From NCBI GenBank assembly GCA_964507185.1, contig CAZDOY010000014.1, positions 3,298 to 67,297 on the forward strand: DNA of 64,000 nt. The letters run 5' to 3'. Below the pieces are notes generated by a model. That model was not told the DNA's origin, did not search any database, and saw only the letters and a program-made list of their open reading frames with translations. This stretch comes from an uncultured Thermoanaerobaculia bacterium. GTDB lineage: Bacteria > Acidobacteriota > UBA4820 > DSQY01. Below are positions 56,348-64,000 of this stretch, in pieces; position 1 is the first letter of the stretch, and each line of letters opens with the position of its first letter. The position numbers were made by a program, and so were the translations under genes.

Positions 56348-57445
56348 TCAGCCGTTTTTCTTCACGAACTCCTCCATGAAACCGCAGAGGGTTTCGACCT
56401 GGTCCACGGTCACGGCGTTGTACATCGACACACGGATGCCTCCCATGGTCCTGTAGCCCTTGAGACCGACCATTCCCGCGGCCCTGGCTTCCGCCACGAA
56501 CCGCGCGTCCAGGTCTTCGCTCGGAAGGTTGAAATCCACGTTCATGAAGGAACGGTCGTCTTTCACCTTCACGTAACCCTTATAGAATTCGGGGTAGGTG
56601 TCGATGACGCCGTAGAGCAGTTCGCCCTTTTTCAGGTTGTTCCTGTAGATTGCGTCCAGGCCGCCGATGGACTTGTTGTGGGCGAGGACGTTCCTCAGGA
56701 TGTAAACCGAGAAGCAGGGCGGCGTGTTGAAGAGGCTGTTCTTCGCGGCCTGCACTTTGTACTGCAGCATGTTGGGCAGGTTTTCGGCGCACATCTCGAG
56801 GAAGTCGTCGCGGATCAGCGCCACCACCAGCCCCGACGGGCCGAGGTTCTTCTGGGCCCCGGCGTAGATAAAGCCGAAGGGCTTCACGTCGAAGGGCCGC
56901 CACATCATATCGGACGACATGTCGGCCACCAGCGGAACGCCGCCGGTCTGCGGGAAGTCTTTCCACTGCGTGCCGTAGATCGTATTGTTGGAGCAGAAGT
57001 GCACGTAGGCCGAGTCGGGATTGACATGGATCTCTTCGGGACGCGGCAGGCGGTTGAACTTGTCTTCCTCCGTGGACACGATGGCCCTTGCGGCGTCTCC
57101 CGCGACTGTCTTCGCCTCCTTGAAGGCCTTCTTCGCCCAGTTTCCAGTCACGATGTAATCGGCCTTGCGCCCCGAATGGAGAATGTTCATGGGAAGCATG
57201 GCGAACTGGAGATTTCCGCCGCCCTGCAGCAGGAGTACCTTGTAGTTGTCGGGGACGTTCAGGAGCTCCTTCACGAGTGCGATGGCCTCGTTGTGAACCG
57301 CATCGTATTCCTTGGACCGGTGGGAGATCTCCATGACGGACATTCCCGTTCCTTCGAAATCCAGCAGCTCCGCCTTCGCCCGCTCGAGAGCCTGAACCGG
57401 AAGCCCGGCTGGGCCGGCGTAGAAATTGATAACCCGATTAGCCAT
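56348..57445 (-). CDS. serC: Phosphoserine aminotransferase
   Basis: NFYAGPA.LP, SVMEISHRS, LQGGG, FCSNNTIYG, DMSSD, YAGAQKNLGPSG, NTPP, GGIRVSMYNA. Confidence 0.95.
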   Translation of the reverse strand: MANRVINFYAGPAGLPVQALERAKAELLDFEGTGMSVMEISHRSKEYDAVHNEAIALVKELLNVPDNYKVLLLQGGGNLQFAMLPMNILHSGRKADYIVTGNWAKKAFKEAKTVAGDAARAIVSTEEDKFNRLPRPEEIHVNPDSAYVHFCSNNTIYGTQWKDFPQTGGVPLVADMSSDMMWRPFDVKPFGFIYAGAQKNLGPSGLVVALIRDDFLEMCAENLPNMLQYKVQAAKNSLFNTPPCFSVYILRNVLAHNKSIGGLDAIYRNNLKKGELLYGVIDTYPEFYKGYVKVKDDRSFMNVDFNLPSEDLDARFVAEARAAGMVGLKGYRTMGGIRVSMYNAVTVDQVETLCGFMEEFVKKNG

Positions 57446-57462
57446 GACCTTCTCCTCTTTTT

Positions 57463-58335
57463 CTATTTTCCGAAGCCGGAAATGATATCCACGATGATGT
57501 CCCCGATTCGCAAGAGGTTCTCCTTGCTGGACGCGCCGATGTGGGGCGTCATCAGGACATTCGACGCACGCAGGAGCGGGCTCGACGGATCGGGCGGATC
57601 GGAGTACCACACGTCCGTCGCGTAGGCCCTCACCTTCCCGGACTCAAGCGCCTCCGCCAGGTCCGCCTCGACCACGACCTTGCCGCGGCCCGTGTTCACC
57701 AGGATCACGCCGTCCTTCATCTTGGCGATCATGGTCCGGTTCACCATGCCCTTCGTCTCGTCGGTGAGCGGCGTGTGCATGCTGATGTAGTCCGCCGACG
57801 CGAGCACGTCGTCGAGGCCCTTGATCTCGGCCACCGGATGGTTCTGGACGAAGGGGTCGTAAGCCACCACCTTCATGCCGAAGGCGGCGGCACGTTTGGC
57901 CACTTCCGTGCCGATGAGACCCACGCCCAGGAGGCCGAGCGTCTTCTGATAGAGCTCGGTGCGCTTGAGTTCCTTCTTGATCCACTTGCCTTCCTTCATG
58001 CTGTTGTGACCTTCGACGATGCGGTTCGGCACGGCCAGCATGAGCGCCATGGTCAGTTCGGCCACGGCGACAGACGAAGCCTGGGGGGTGTTTCTAACCT
58101 CTATCCCCCTGGCCTTGCAGGTTTCCCGATCCACGTTGTCCAGGCCCACACCGCCGCGAATGACCAGCTTGAGGTTCGGGGCGCCTTCCAGGAACTCCTT
58201 CGTTACCTTGGTTTTGGATCGGATGAGCAGGACATCCGCCTCGGAGAGCCTGCCCATGTCCTCGTAAACGTCGCCGAAGGTCTTCAGGCGGCCCGGAAGC
58301 GTCGCGTCGAATGCATCCGCGATCAGGATCTTCAT
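57463..58335 (-). CDS. serA: D-3-phosphoglycerate dehydrogenase, short form without ACT domain
   Basis: IRSKTKV, RGGVGLDNVD, LGVGLIG, HTPLTDET, NTGRG, TPHIGAS; located between DUF1015 and serC. Confidence 0.85.
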   Translation of the reverse strand: MKILIADAFDATLPGRLKTFGDVYEDMGRLSEADVLLIRSKTKVTKEFLEGAPNLKLVIRGGVGLDNVDRETCKARGIEVRNTPQASSVAVAELTMALMLAVPNRIVEGHNSMKEGKWIKKELKRTELYQKTLGLLGVGLIGTEVAKRAAAFGMKVVAYDPFVQNHPVAEIKGLDDVLASADYISMHTPLTDETKGMVNRTMIAKMKDGVILVNTGRGKVVVEADLAEALESGKVRAYATDVWYSDPPDPSSPLLRASNVLMTPHIGASSKENLLRIGDIIVDIISGFGK

Positions 58336-58420
58336 CTTCATCCTCCAGTTCATCCAAGAGGCGGGAAGGGGGCGGCAACCCCGGCAGGGCCGGCCGCCCG
58401 TACCCCGCAGCTCGTGCAAA

Positions 58421-59659
58421 TCACTCTTCTATCAGCCTCACGATCAGCCCCGATCGAAGTTTCGGTTCGAACCAGGTGGACTTGGGCGGCATGACATGGC
58501 CGGAGTCCGCCACGGACATGAGCTGTTCCAGCGACGTCGGGTACAGGGAAAAGGCGACGGCCCATCCCTCCCCGACCCGCTTTTCAAGCTCCCCGGTGCC
58601 CCGGATTCCGCCTACAAAATCGATGCGCTCGTCGGTCCGCGGATCCTCGATGCCCAGGATCGGTGTCAGCAGGTTCTCCTGAAGGATGGAGACGTCCAGG
58701 CTCTTTACGGGATCGTCCGCCGCGAACGTCCCCTCCTTTGCGCGAAGGCTGTACCATCGGCCGCCGAGGAACATGCCGAACCGCCTGGGCGCACCGGGCC
58801 TCGGATCCGTAGACGGCGACACGTCGAAACGTTCCTTGACCTTGTCCGCGAAGAGCTCCGGCGACAGGCTGTTCAGGTCCTTGACCACGCGGTTGTAGTC
58901 CAGGATCTGCAGCTGATCGTGAGGAAAGACCACGGCCATGAAGTATTCGAAGGGCTCCTCGCCGGTGTGGGTCGCGCTCTTCGCGCGGAGAGCCTGACCG
59001 GTTCTCACGGCGGCGGCCGTCCGGTGATGGCCGTCGGCGACGTAGAGCGCGGGCACCGCGGCGAAGTGGCGCTCGAGGGCCGCGATGTCTTTGTCGTCCG
59101 CCACGACCCAGACCGTGTGTCCGATGCCGTCCTCCGTCACCAGGTCGTAGACCGGGTCGCAGCTCCTGGCCCTGTCGACGATCTCGTCGATGGCGGACCT
59201 GGACCGGTAGGTGAGAAACACGGGTTCCGCGTTGGCGTTCTGTTCGGTCACGTGGCGCGTGCGGTCGTCTTCTTTGTTCTTTCGGGTGAACTCGTGTTTC
59301 TTGATCAGGCCGTCTTCGTACTCTTTCACGGAGCAGAGACAGACGATCCCCGCCTGAACGTGTTCTCCCATCTTCTGCTGGTAGACGTACAGGCAGGGCT
59401 GCGACTCCTTGACGAGGGCCCCCTCGGAGATGAAGCGCCTCAGGTTTTCGACGCCTTTGGCATAGACCCTGTCGTCGTAGAGGGAAACGGAGGGATCGAG
59501 ATCGATTTCGGGCTTGCCCACGTGAAGGAAGCTGTACGGATTACCCTGCGCGAGGGCCCTGGCTTCATCCGAGTTGATCACGTCGTACGGGAAGCTGGCG
59601 ATTTTGTCGGCGAGTTCAGGCTTCGGCCTGTACCCTCGAAAAGGCTTGATGCGAGACAT
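58421..59659 (-). CDS. DUF1015 family protein with a ParB/sulfiredoxin-like motif
   Basis: IKPFRGYRP, PYDVI, NPYSFLH, IKKHEFTR..KEDDR, YVADGHHRTAAA, MPPKSTWFEPKLRSGL. Confidence 0.9.
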   Translation of the reverse strand: MSRIKPFRGYRPKPELADKIASFPYDVINSDEARALAQGNPYSFLHVGKPEIDLDPSVSLYDDRVYAKGVENLRRFISEGALVKESQPCLYVYQQKMGEHVQAGIVCLCSVKEYEDGLIKKHEFTRKNKEDDRTRHVTEQNANAEPVFLTYRSRSAIDEIVDRARSCDPVYDLVTEDGIGHTVWVVADDKDIAALERHFAAVPALYVADGHHRTAAAVRTGQALRAKSATHTGEEPFEYFMAVVFPHDQLQILDYNRVVKDLNSLSPELFADKVKERFDVSPSTDPRPGAPRRFGMFLGGRWYSLRAKEGTFAADDPVKSLDVSILQENLLTPILGIEDPRTDERIDFVGGIRGTGELEKRVGEGWAVAFSLYPTSLEQLMSVADSGHVMPPKSTWFEPKLRSGLIVRLIEE

Positions 59660-60013
59660 AGTAACCCCCTGGCGGGCTGATTTCCTCTGAAGTGAGATTT
59701 CGCCAAAAACGCGCGCCGGCTACGCCCGCGACCTGGTGCCGGGTTGCGAGACGTCAGCATAGAACAGGCCCGCGGTACGTTCAAGATGGGGCCTGGGCGC
59801 CCGCGCGCCAAGCGCGCCACCTCGCCCACGGCCGCGAAGGTCTTTCGTGCTCCGGCTGAGGCTCGAAGCCTTATCCTCTAGAGTTTGATGGACGAGTCCA
59901 ATACAAAATCGCGTCTTCTGATGTCCGCGCCCCGGCATCGACGGCGGCGCGACGTCGTGCATTCGGAGCCTTGGCGCCGGCAACGCTACCTGCGAGGGTT
60001 TCTCAGCAGGCTG

Positions 60014-62131
60014 CTATTGCCCGTAGGTGATCACCACCTTGCCGAGGTCTTTCGACACCCTCAAGCCGTTTCCGCTGTAACCGTACAACTCGTAAAAGAT
60101 CAGCGGACTCGCGTCGGCCGACAGGTCGCTCGTATCGTGGTCGAACGGAACGCCGGAGGAGAAATCCGGGTGTTCCACGTCATCGGCCAGGTCCAGGGCG
60201 GGCCTTGCAGGATACTGCGCCACAAAGATCTGGTCCGAAGGCGGAGCCTGGGGGCTGAGCTGGTAGACATCGGCGTTTCTGAGGAGGGTCAGCGCGTAGA
60301 TCCTGAAGGTATCGTCTGCGATGATCGGATTGGTGGAACCGTCGTAGACGCCGTCGTATTCTCCGGGCGGAGCATGGCCCGCAGGATAGACCACGGAATG
60401 GTAGAGCCCGTACGGCGTCGATGGGCTGGCGATCAGGGATCCGGCTAGGTTCCCGAAGCTGTCGCTCACCGGCGTCACCGTCCCTACCTGCGCCCCCATC
60501 CCGAAGTAGAAGGCCACATTGTAGTGCACGAGCGGCGCAAAGATGCCGTGCATGTAGACGGTGGAACCCGGCGCGACGTTCAGGAAGCGGTCGCTGGGTA
60601 CGGCGTGAGAAGTATCCGCATAGGAGGCCCACGTAGGCTCCGGCCCCTGCCTGCACTCGCTGCCAGAGGCATCGACGATATAGGCGCCGACGATCTTCGA
60701 GGCCTCATATCCCGTGTCGTCGACGGCCGTGACCTTGACGAGATACTGACCGCCCGCCAGGGACGAGGTGTCCCAGACTACTCCCCAGTCGTTGAACGAC
60801 GAGCCTATGCCGTCCGGTGCGAGGTGCCCGTTCGTGTCGGGATTCATACTGCCCCCCACCACGGCCATGTTGGACCATATCCCCCCGTCGTCCTCAATCC
60901 CGTTGCCATTCGAGTCGGGATAGTAGGCAAAGGACACGTGCGCTATGGTATCGTCGACCATGTCTCCCGTCACGGTCAGGGTATCCGCCAGGGCAACACG
61001 CACCGTGACTGACGCATGGCAGTCGATTTCCGACAGGGTCATGTCGCCGATCTTGGGCGCCCGCGCCAGACCATCCCGCAGCGTAATGAAGTCCATGTAC
61101 GGGAAGCGTTCGCCGCAGGACGCGGTGTAGCAAAGGTTCGACGCGTAGTCTTTTTGAAGCGGGTCCGTGTTGCTGTTTGACGTACTGTAGCCAAACGCCA
61201 TGGGGGTGTCGGGCCCGACGAGACGCGCGCCTCCGGCACCGCCGTTGTAGGCATCCGTCAAGGCATCCACTGGAAACTGGAAATCAACGAAGTAACCCCG
61301 TCCCCACGTCGCATTGGAAGCACCGTGAACGACCAGACGGCTCCGTCCGAAGTCCCACGCAGCGCCATCGGCCGTTGGATCTTGGGGCACCACGGCATCC
61401 TTCGTTCCGGCGTTTCCCCACCACACGAGGTCACCGGGCGCAGACAACGTGTTGTTGGAAACGATTTCCGGGGCGACGCACTGGCTTTGCAGGTCGTTGA
61501 AGTAGATCTTCAGGTCGTCACCGTCGTTCACGGCAGGCGGAACGCTGAGGTCCTTGTTCTTTCCGCCTCCGCTGTCCCCGTCCAGCACGACGGTGAATTC
61601 CTTGTACCCGTCCCCGTCGCACTCGATGAGCAGGTTGTACGTCACGTTGCCCCAGGGATCGCCGCCCGTCCTGGTCCCCGCCGTTTCCGCGCTCGCGGTC
61701 AGCGGCATGGCGTCCAGCCGGATCCTGTAATAGAAGACTCCGGCATCGGTGTTGTAGGCGAAGTAGGCACTGGGTAAGTAAGGCGCATCCCCACTCGCTA
61801 TCTCGACCGCCCCCGCCGGCCTCGAACCGCCCGTGGAACAGTCCTCTTTGCCCGTCTGATCCCTTATTGGCGCTCCGGCCTGCGTGTATGCCACCCAGCC
61901 TCCGGCCCCGAGATCTTCTGCGGGCCAGTCGGCAGGCGCCTGGTTGAGAGCGGCCTTCGAGTTCCTGCCTTCTGCCGGTTGGCCCGCCGAACCGGTGCCG
62001 GGCAGCACGCCGGCTCCGTAAGCCGTGCCGCCCGCGAGGGAAATAATCAGGAGAACGGCCACAACGCACCGCTTCGCCGCGCCGGAACTCGCTCCCATCC
62101 CGTGATGGTCCTGCACTCTGCTTATGAACAT
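60014..62131 (-). CDS. Exported hypothetical protein (about 706 aa): N-terminal beta-sandwich-like domain, Ig-like domain and C-terminal module
   Basis: Signal-like VVAVLLIISLAGGTAYG; YYRIRLD; D-rich loops (DGDSGGG, DSNGNGIEDDGG); WDTSSLAGGQYLVKVTAVD Ig-like motif. Confidence 0.8.
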   Translation of the reverse strand: MFISRVQDHHGMGASSGAAKRCVVAVLLIISLAGGTAYGAGVLPGTGSAGQPAEGRNSKAALNQAPADWPAEDLGAGGWVAYTQAGAPIRDQTGKEDCSTGGSRPAGAVEIASGDAPYLPSAYFAYNTDAGVFYYRIRLDAMPLTASAETAGTRTGGDPWGNVTYNLLIECDGDGYKEFTVVLDGDSGGGKNKDLSVPPAVNDGDDLKIYFNDLQSQCVAPEIVSNNTLSAPGDLVWWGNAGTKDAVVPQDPTADGAAWDFGRSRLVVHGASNATWGRGYFVDFQFPVDALTDAYNGGAGGARLVGPDTPMAFGYSTSNSNTDPLQKDYASNLCYTASCGERFPYMDFITLRDGLARAPKIGDMTLSEIDCHASVTVRVALADTLTVTGDMVDDTIAHVSFAYYPDSNGNGIEDDGGIWSNMAVVGGSMNPDTNGHLAPDGIGSSFNDWGVVWDTSSLAGGQYLVKVTAVDDTGYEASKIVGAYIVDASGSECRQGPEPTWASYADTSHAVPSDRFLNVAPGSTVYMHGIFAPLVHYNVAFYFGMGAQVGTVTPVSDSFGNLAGSLIASPSTPYGLYHSVVYPAGHAPPGEYDGVYDGSTNPIIADDTFRIYALTLLRNADVYQLSPQAPPSDQIFVAQYPARPALDLADDVEHPDFSSGVPFDHDTSDLSADASPLIFYELYGYSGNGLRVSKDLGKVVITYGQ

Positions 62132-62466
62132 GGCCTGCACCCCTCTCCCAAGGAAGGATCCGCAAGGGTGAATCGCTATCCCCGCAACCCCTTTTTTCTG
62201 TCACTTTACCGATATAATGGGTCGATCTTTGAGCAAAAACAAGCGGCGCGGCCCGTATTGCCCGGCCGTTTTGATATTGGGCGCCCTCGCGCAGGGTGGC
62301 CATTCCGGGGGGCTTACACCGCCGATTGGAGCGTGTCCTTCGTGCGCCAAAAGGCCCGTTAGGACCTCGGTCGCCGACCGTTTCTGATGCGGAATACCCG
62401 TTCTGCGGTGTATACTCCCGTTCTTGGGTTTCACCGGGTCCGTATCTTCATGGGAGGAATGAGATC

Positions 62467-63375
62467 ATGTCCATGCTCGCGGTGAGAAAAACCGTCGCCA
62501 ATTCGATCCCTGGCAGGCTCGTGAGGGTATTCGCTTCACCTTACGTCTCGGGGGACTCGCTCGAAAAGGGACTCGCTTTCGCCGACGCCCTGTACAAGGA
62601 AAAGGGCATCGAGGCGACCATGGACGTGCTGGGCGAGGCCGAGACGACCCGGGAAAAGGTACGCGGCGCGGTCGAACTCTACCTGAGGACCCTCGATGCG
62701 ATCAAGGAGCGCCAGTACTGCTCCATTTCGGTCAAACCGGGCCATTTCGGCTACTACGTCGACCCCGACTTCTGCAGGAAGAACCTCGAAGAACTGGCAT
62801 CCGCCTGCCAATCGGCCGGACGCGGTCTCACCATCGACATGGAGGACACGGATCTCACGGATTTCACGTTGCAGCTCTACAAAGAATTGAAGCCGAAGTA
62901 CCCCGTGCTGGGCACCGTTCTCCAGTCCCGCCTCTACCGGACCGAAGCCGACATCGATATGCTGGACGGCCTCAACGCCCACGTGCGAGCCTGCATAGGT
63001 ATTTACAACGTACCGGCGGACAAGGCCTACCAGAACAAGCGCGACATGAAGGAAAACCTCCTCAAGATCATCGAGAAGCTCTTCGACAGAGGTCACTACG
63101 TCTGCGTCGCCACGCACGACCTCGGATATCTCGAAAAAGCGCGAGCACTCATCGCCCGCAAGAAAATCCCCAAGGACCGCTACGAATTCCAGATGCTCGT
63201 CGGTGTCCCCCGGGACCGCGTGCAGAGGGAACTCGTGGAGGCCGGCGAGAAGGTGAGGCTCTACGTGCCCTTCGCGGTTAATTGGGACGACGCGATCGCC
63301 TACCTGCGGCGGCGCATGATCGAGAGCCCCTCCATGACGGGCCTCGTGCTCAAGAACCTGGTCAAGCGGAGCTGA
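62467..63375 (+). CDS. Monofunctional proline dehydrogenase-like flavoprotein
   Basis: DVLGE, SVKP, IDMED, VLQSRL, ATHD, EFQML, LYVPF, YLRRRMIE; GGGAGG RBS. Confidence 0.85.
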   Translation: MSMLAVRKTVANSIPGRLVRVFASPYVSGDSLEKGLAFADALYKEKGIEATMDVLGEAETTREKVRGAVELYLRTLDAIKERQYCSISVKPGHFGYYVDPDFCRKNLEELASACQSAGRGLTIDMEDTDLTDFTLQLYKELKPKYPVLGTVLQSRLYRTEADIDMLDGLNAHVRACIGIYNVPADKAYQNKRDMKENLLKIIEKLFDRGHYVCVATHDLGYLEKARALIARKKIPKDRYEFQMLVGVPRDRVQRELVEAGEKVRLYVPFAVNWDDAIAYLRRRMIESPSMTGLVLKNLVKRS

Positions 63376-63826
63376 ATCCCTCCGCCTTCACTGCCGCTCC
63401 TACCGTTTCATAAGCGCGTGCTCCGATCCCGCCGCAACACACTTTCTCTTTCCCCCGACCGGTCTTCGTCCCGTAACTCCTCCCGCCTCCCGCAGCTTGA
63501 CCCCGCCATGCCGGGAATTTATGTTGTGAAAGAGAGATCATCACATTTCGTGAGATCGCAGGGAGTCCTGATACCCGGGGAGGCGGCCCTACTTATTATC
63601 TGCGAAGCGCAGGCCTGAGGACCGGGAGGCGCCGCGGTGCCCTCTCGATTGAAACGGCGTCAGGAAGACCATCATTTCAATCCAGATCGCGGCATTATCC
63701 CGAGACAACCATGGCGTCTATCCGCGGGCGAACACCTGCAGCCACGGCGGGCGGTGTGCCCCGACAGCGACGCCGTTCTCGTTCCCGACTTTTCTACCCG
63801 GGTACCATAGTGGGGAGAAAGAAGTG

Positions 63827-64000
63827 ATGAGCAAAAAATTCTTCATTGCGGTATGTGCACTCGCGGCCTTCCTTCTTGCCGTCGACGCCCGTGCCTTCAC
63901 ACCCGAGCCGGTACTCCTGCTCGAACGCCCTCCCGGCATGACTTTTACCGACTGGACGGCAAACATGGCGAACCGGGGGATTCACCTCAGCCACGCCTTT
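63827..64000 (+). CDS. 5' end of an exported protein running off the right edge
   Basis: MSKKFFIAVCALAAFLLAVDARA signal peptide; frame open to the end of the window; GGGGAG RBS. Confidence 0.75.
   Translation, partial: MSKKFFIAVCALAAFLLAVDARAFTPEPVLLLERPPGMTFTDWTANMANRGIHLSHAF

Noticed and set aside
63525-63545. CRP/FNR-like site TGTGA…TCACA
   Set aside because: The half-sites are 11 nt apart rather than the required 6.
63550-63700. Possible cobalamin riboswitch (AGGGAG…GTCAGGAAGACC)
   Set aside because: The core elements (GGTG-AA-TCC, ACTGT, GCCACTG/GGGAAG) are missing. An Rfam scan would settle it.

Overview
A GC-rich bacterial chromosomal segment. An Acidobacteriota-like origin is an unverified inference from domain architectures. 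I found no tRNA, rRNA, CRISPR array, transposase or phage genes. Housekeeping content: a tightly coupled alpha-glucan operon (glgE, treS-maltokinase fusion, malQ-glgB fusion, GH57); redox genes (msrB, DipZ-like thioredoxin, C-GCAxxG-C-C); several exported peptidases (M16, PepF, S46); gap, slyD, lepB, hflKC, an RRM protein, an acyl-CoA ligase, cfa, a DUF1015-serA-serC operon and a divergent proline dehydrogenase. Signalling genes are REC-PAS, PDZ-membrane-GAF-PP2C and PAS-GGDEF-EAL. Two large exported proteins end in unexplained C-terminal modules. The most striking unexplained structure is at 44.5-46.9 kb. Two tandem paralogous secreted proteins have a Trp/Tyr-rich core and an Arg/Pro-rich tail. 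Each is preceded by a sigma54-type -24/-12 promoter and a TGTCCG-N6-CGGAC[A/T] palindrome, at spacings that differ by only 1 bp between the copies. Other leads are a RimK-type ATP-grasp plus GNAT-C39-like peptidase pair, and a ParB/Srx-motif DUF1015 protein sitting where SerB would be expected. Start codons were adjusted by eye using RBS position. All family assignments come from motif recognition, not database searches.
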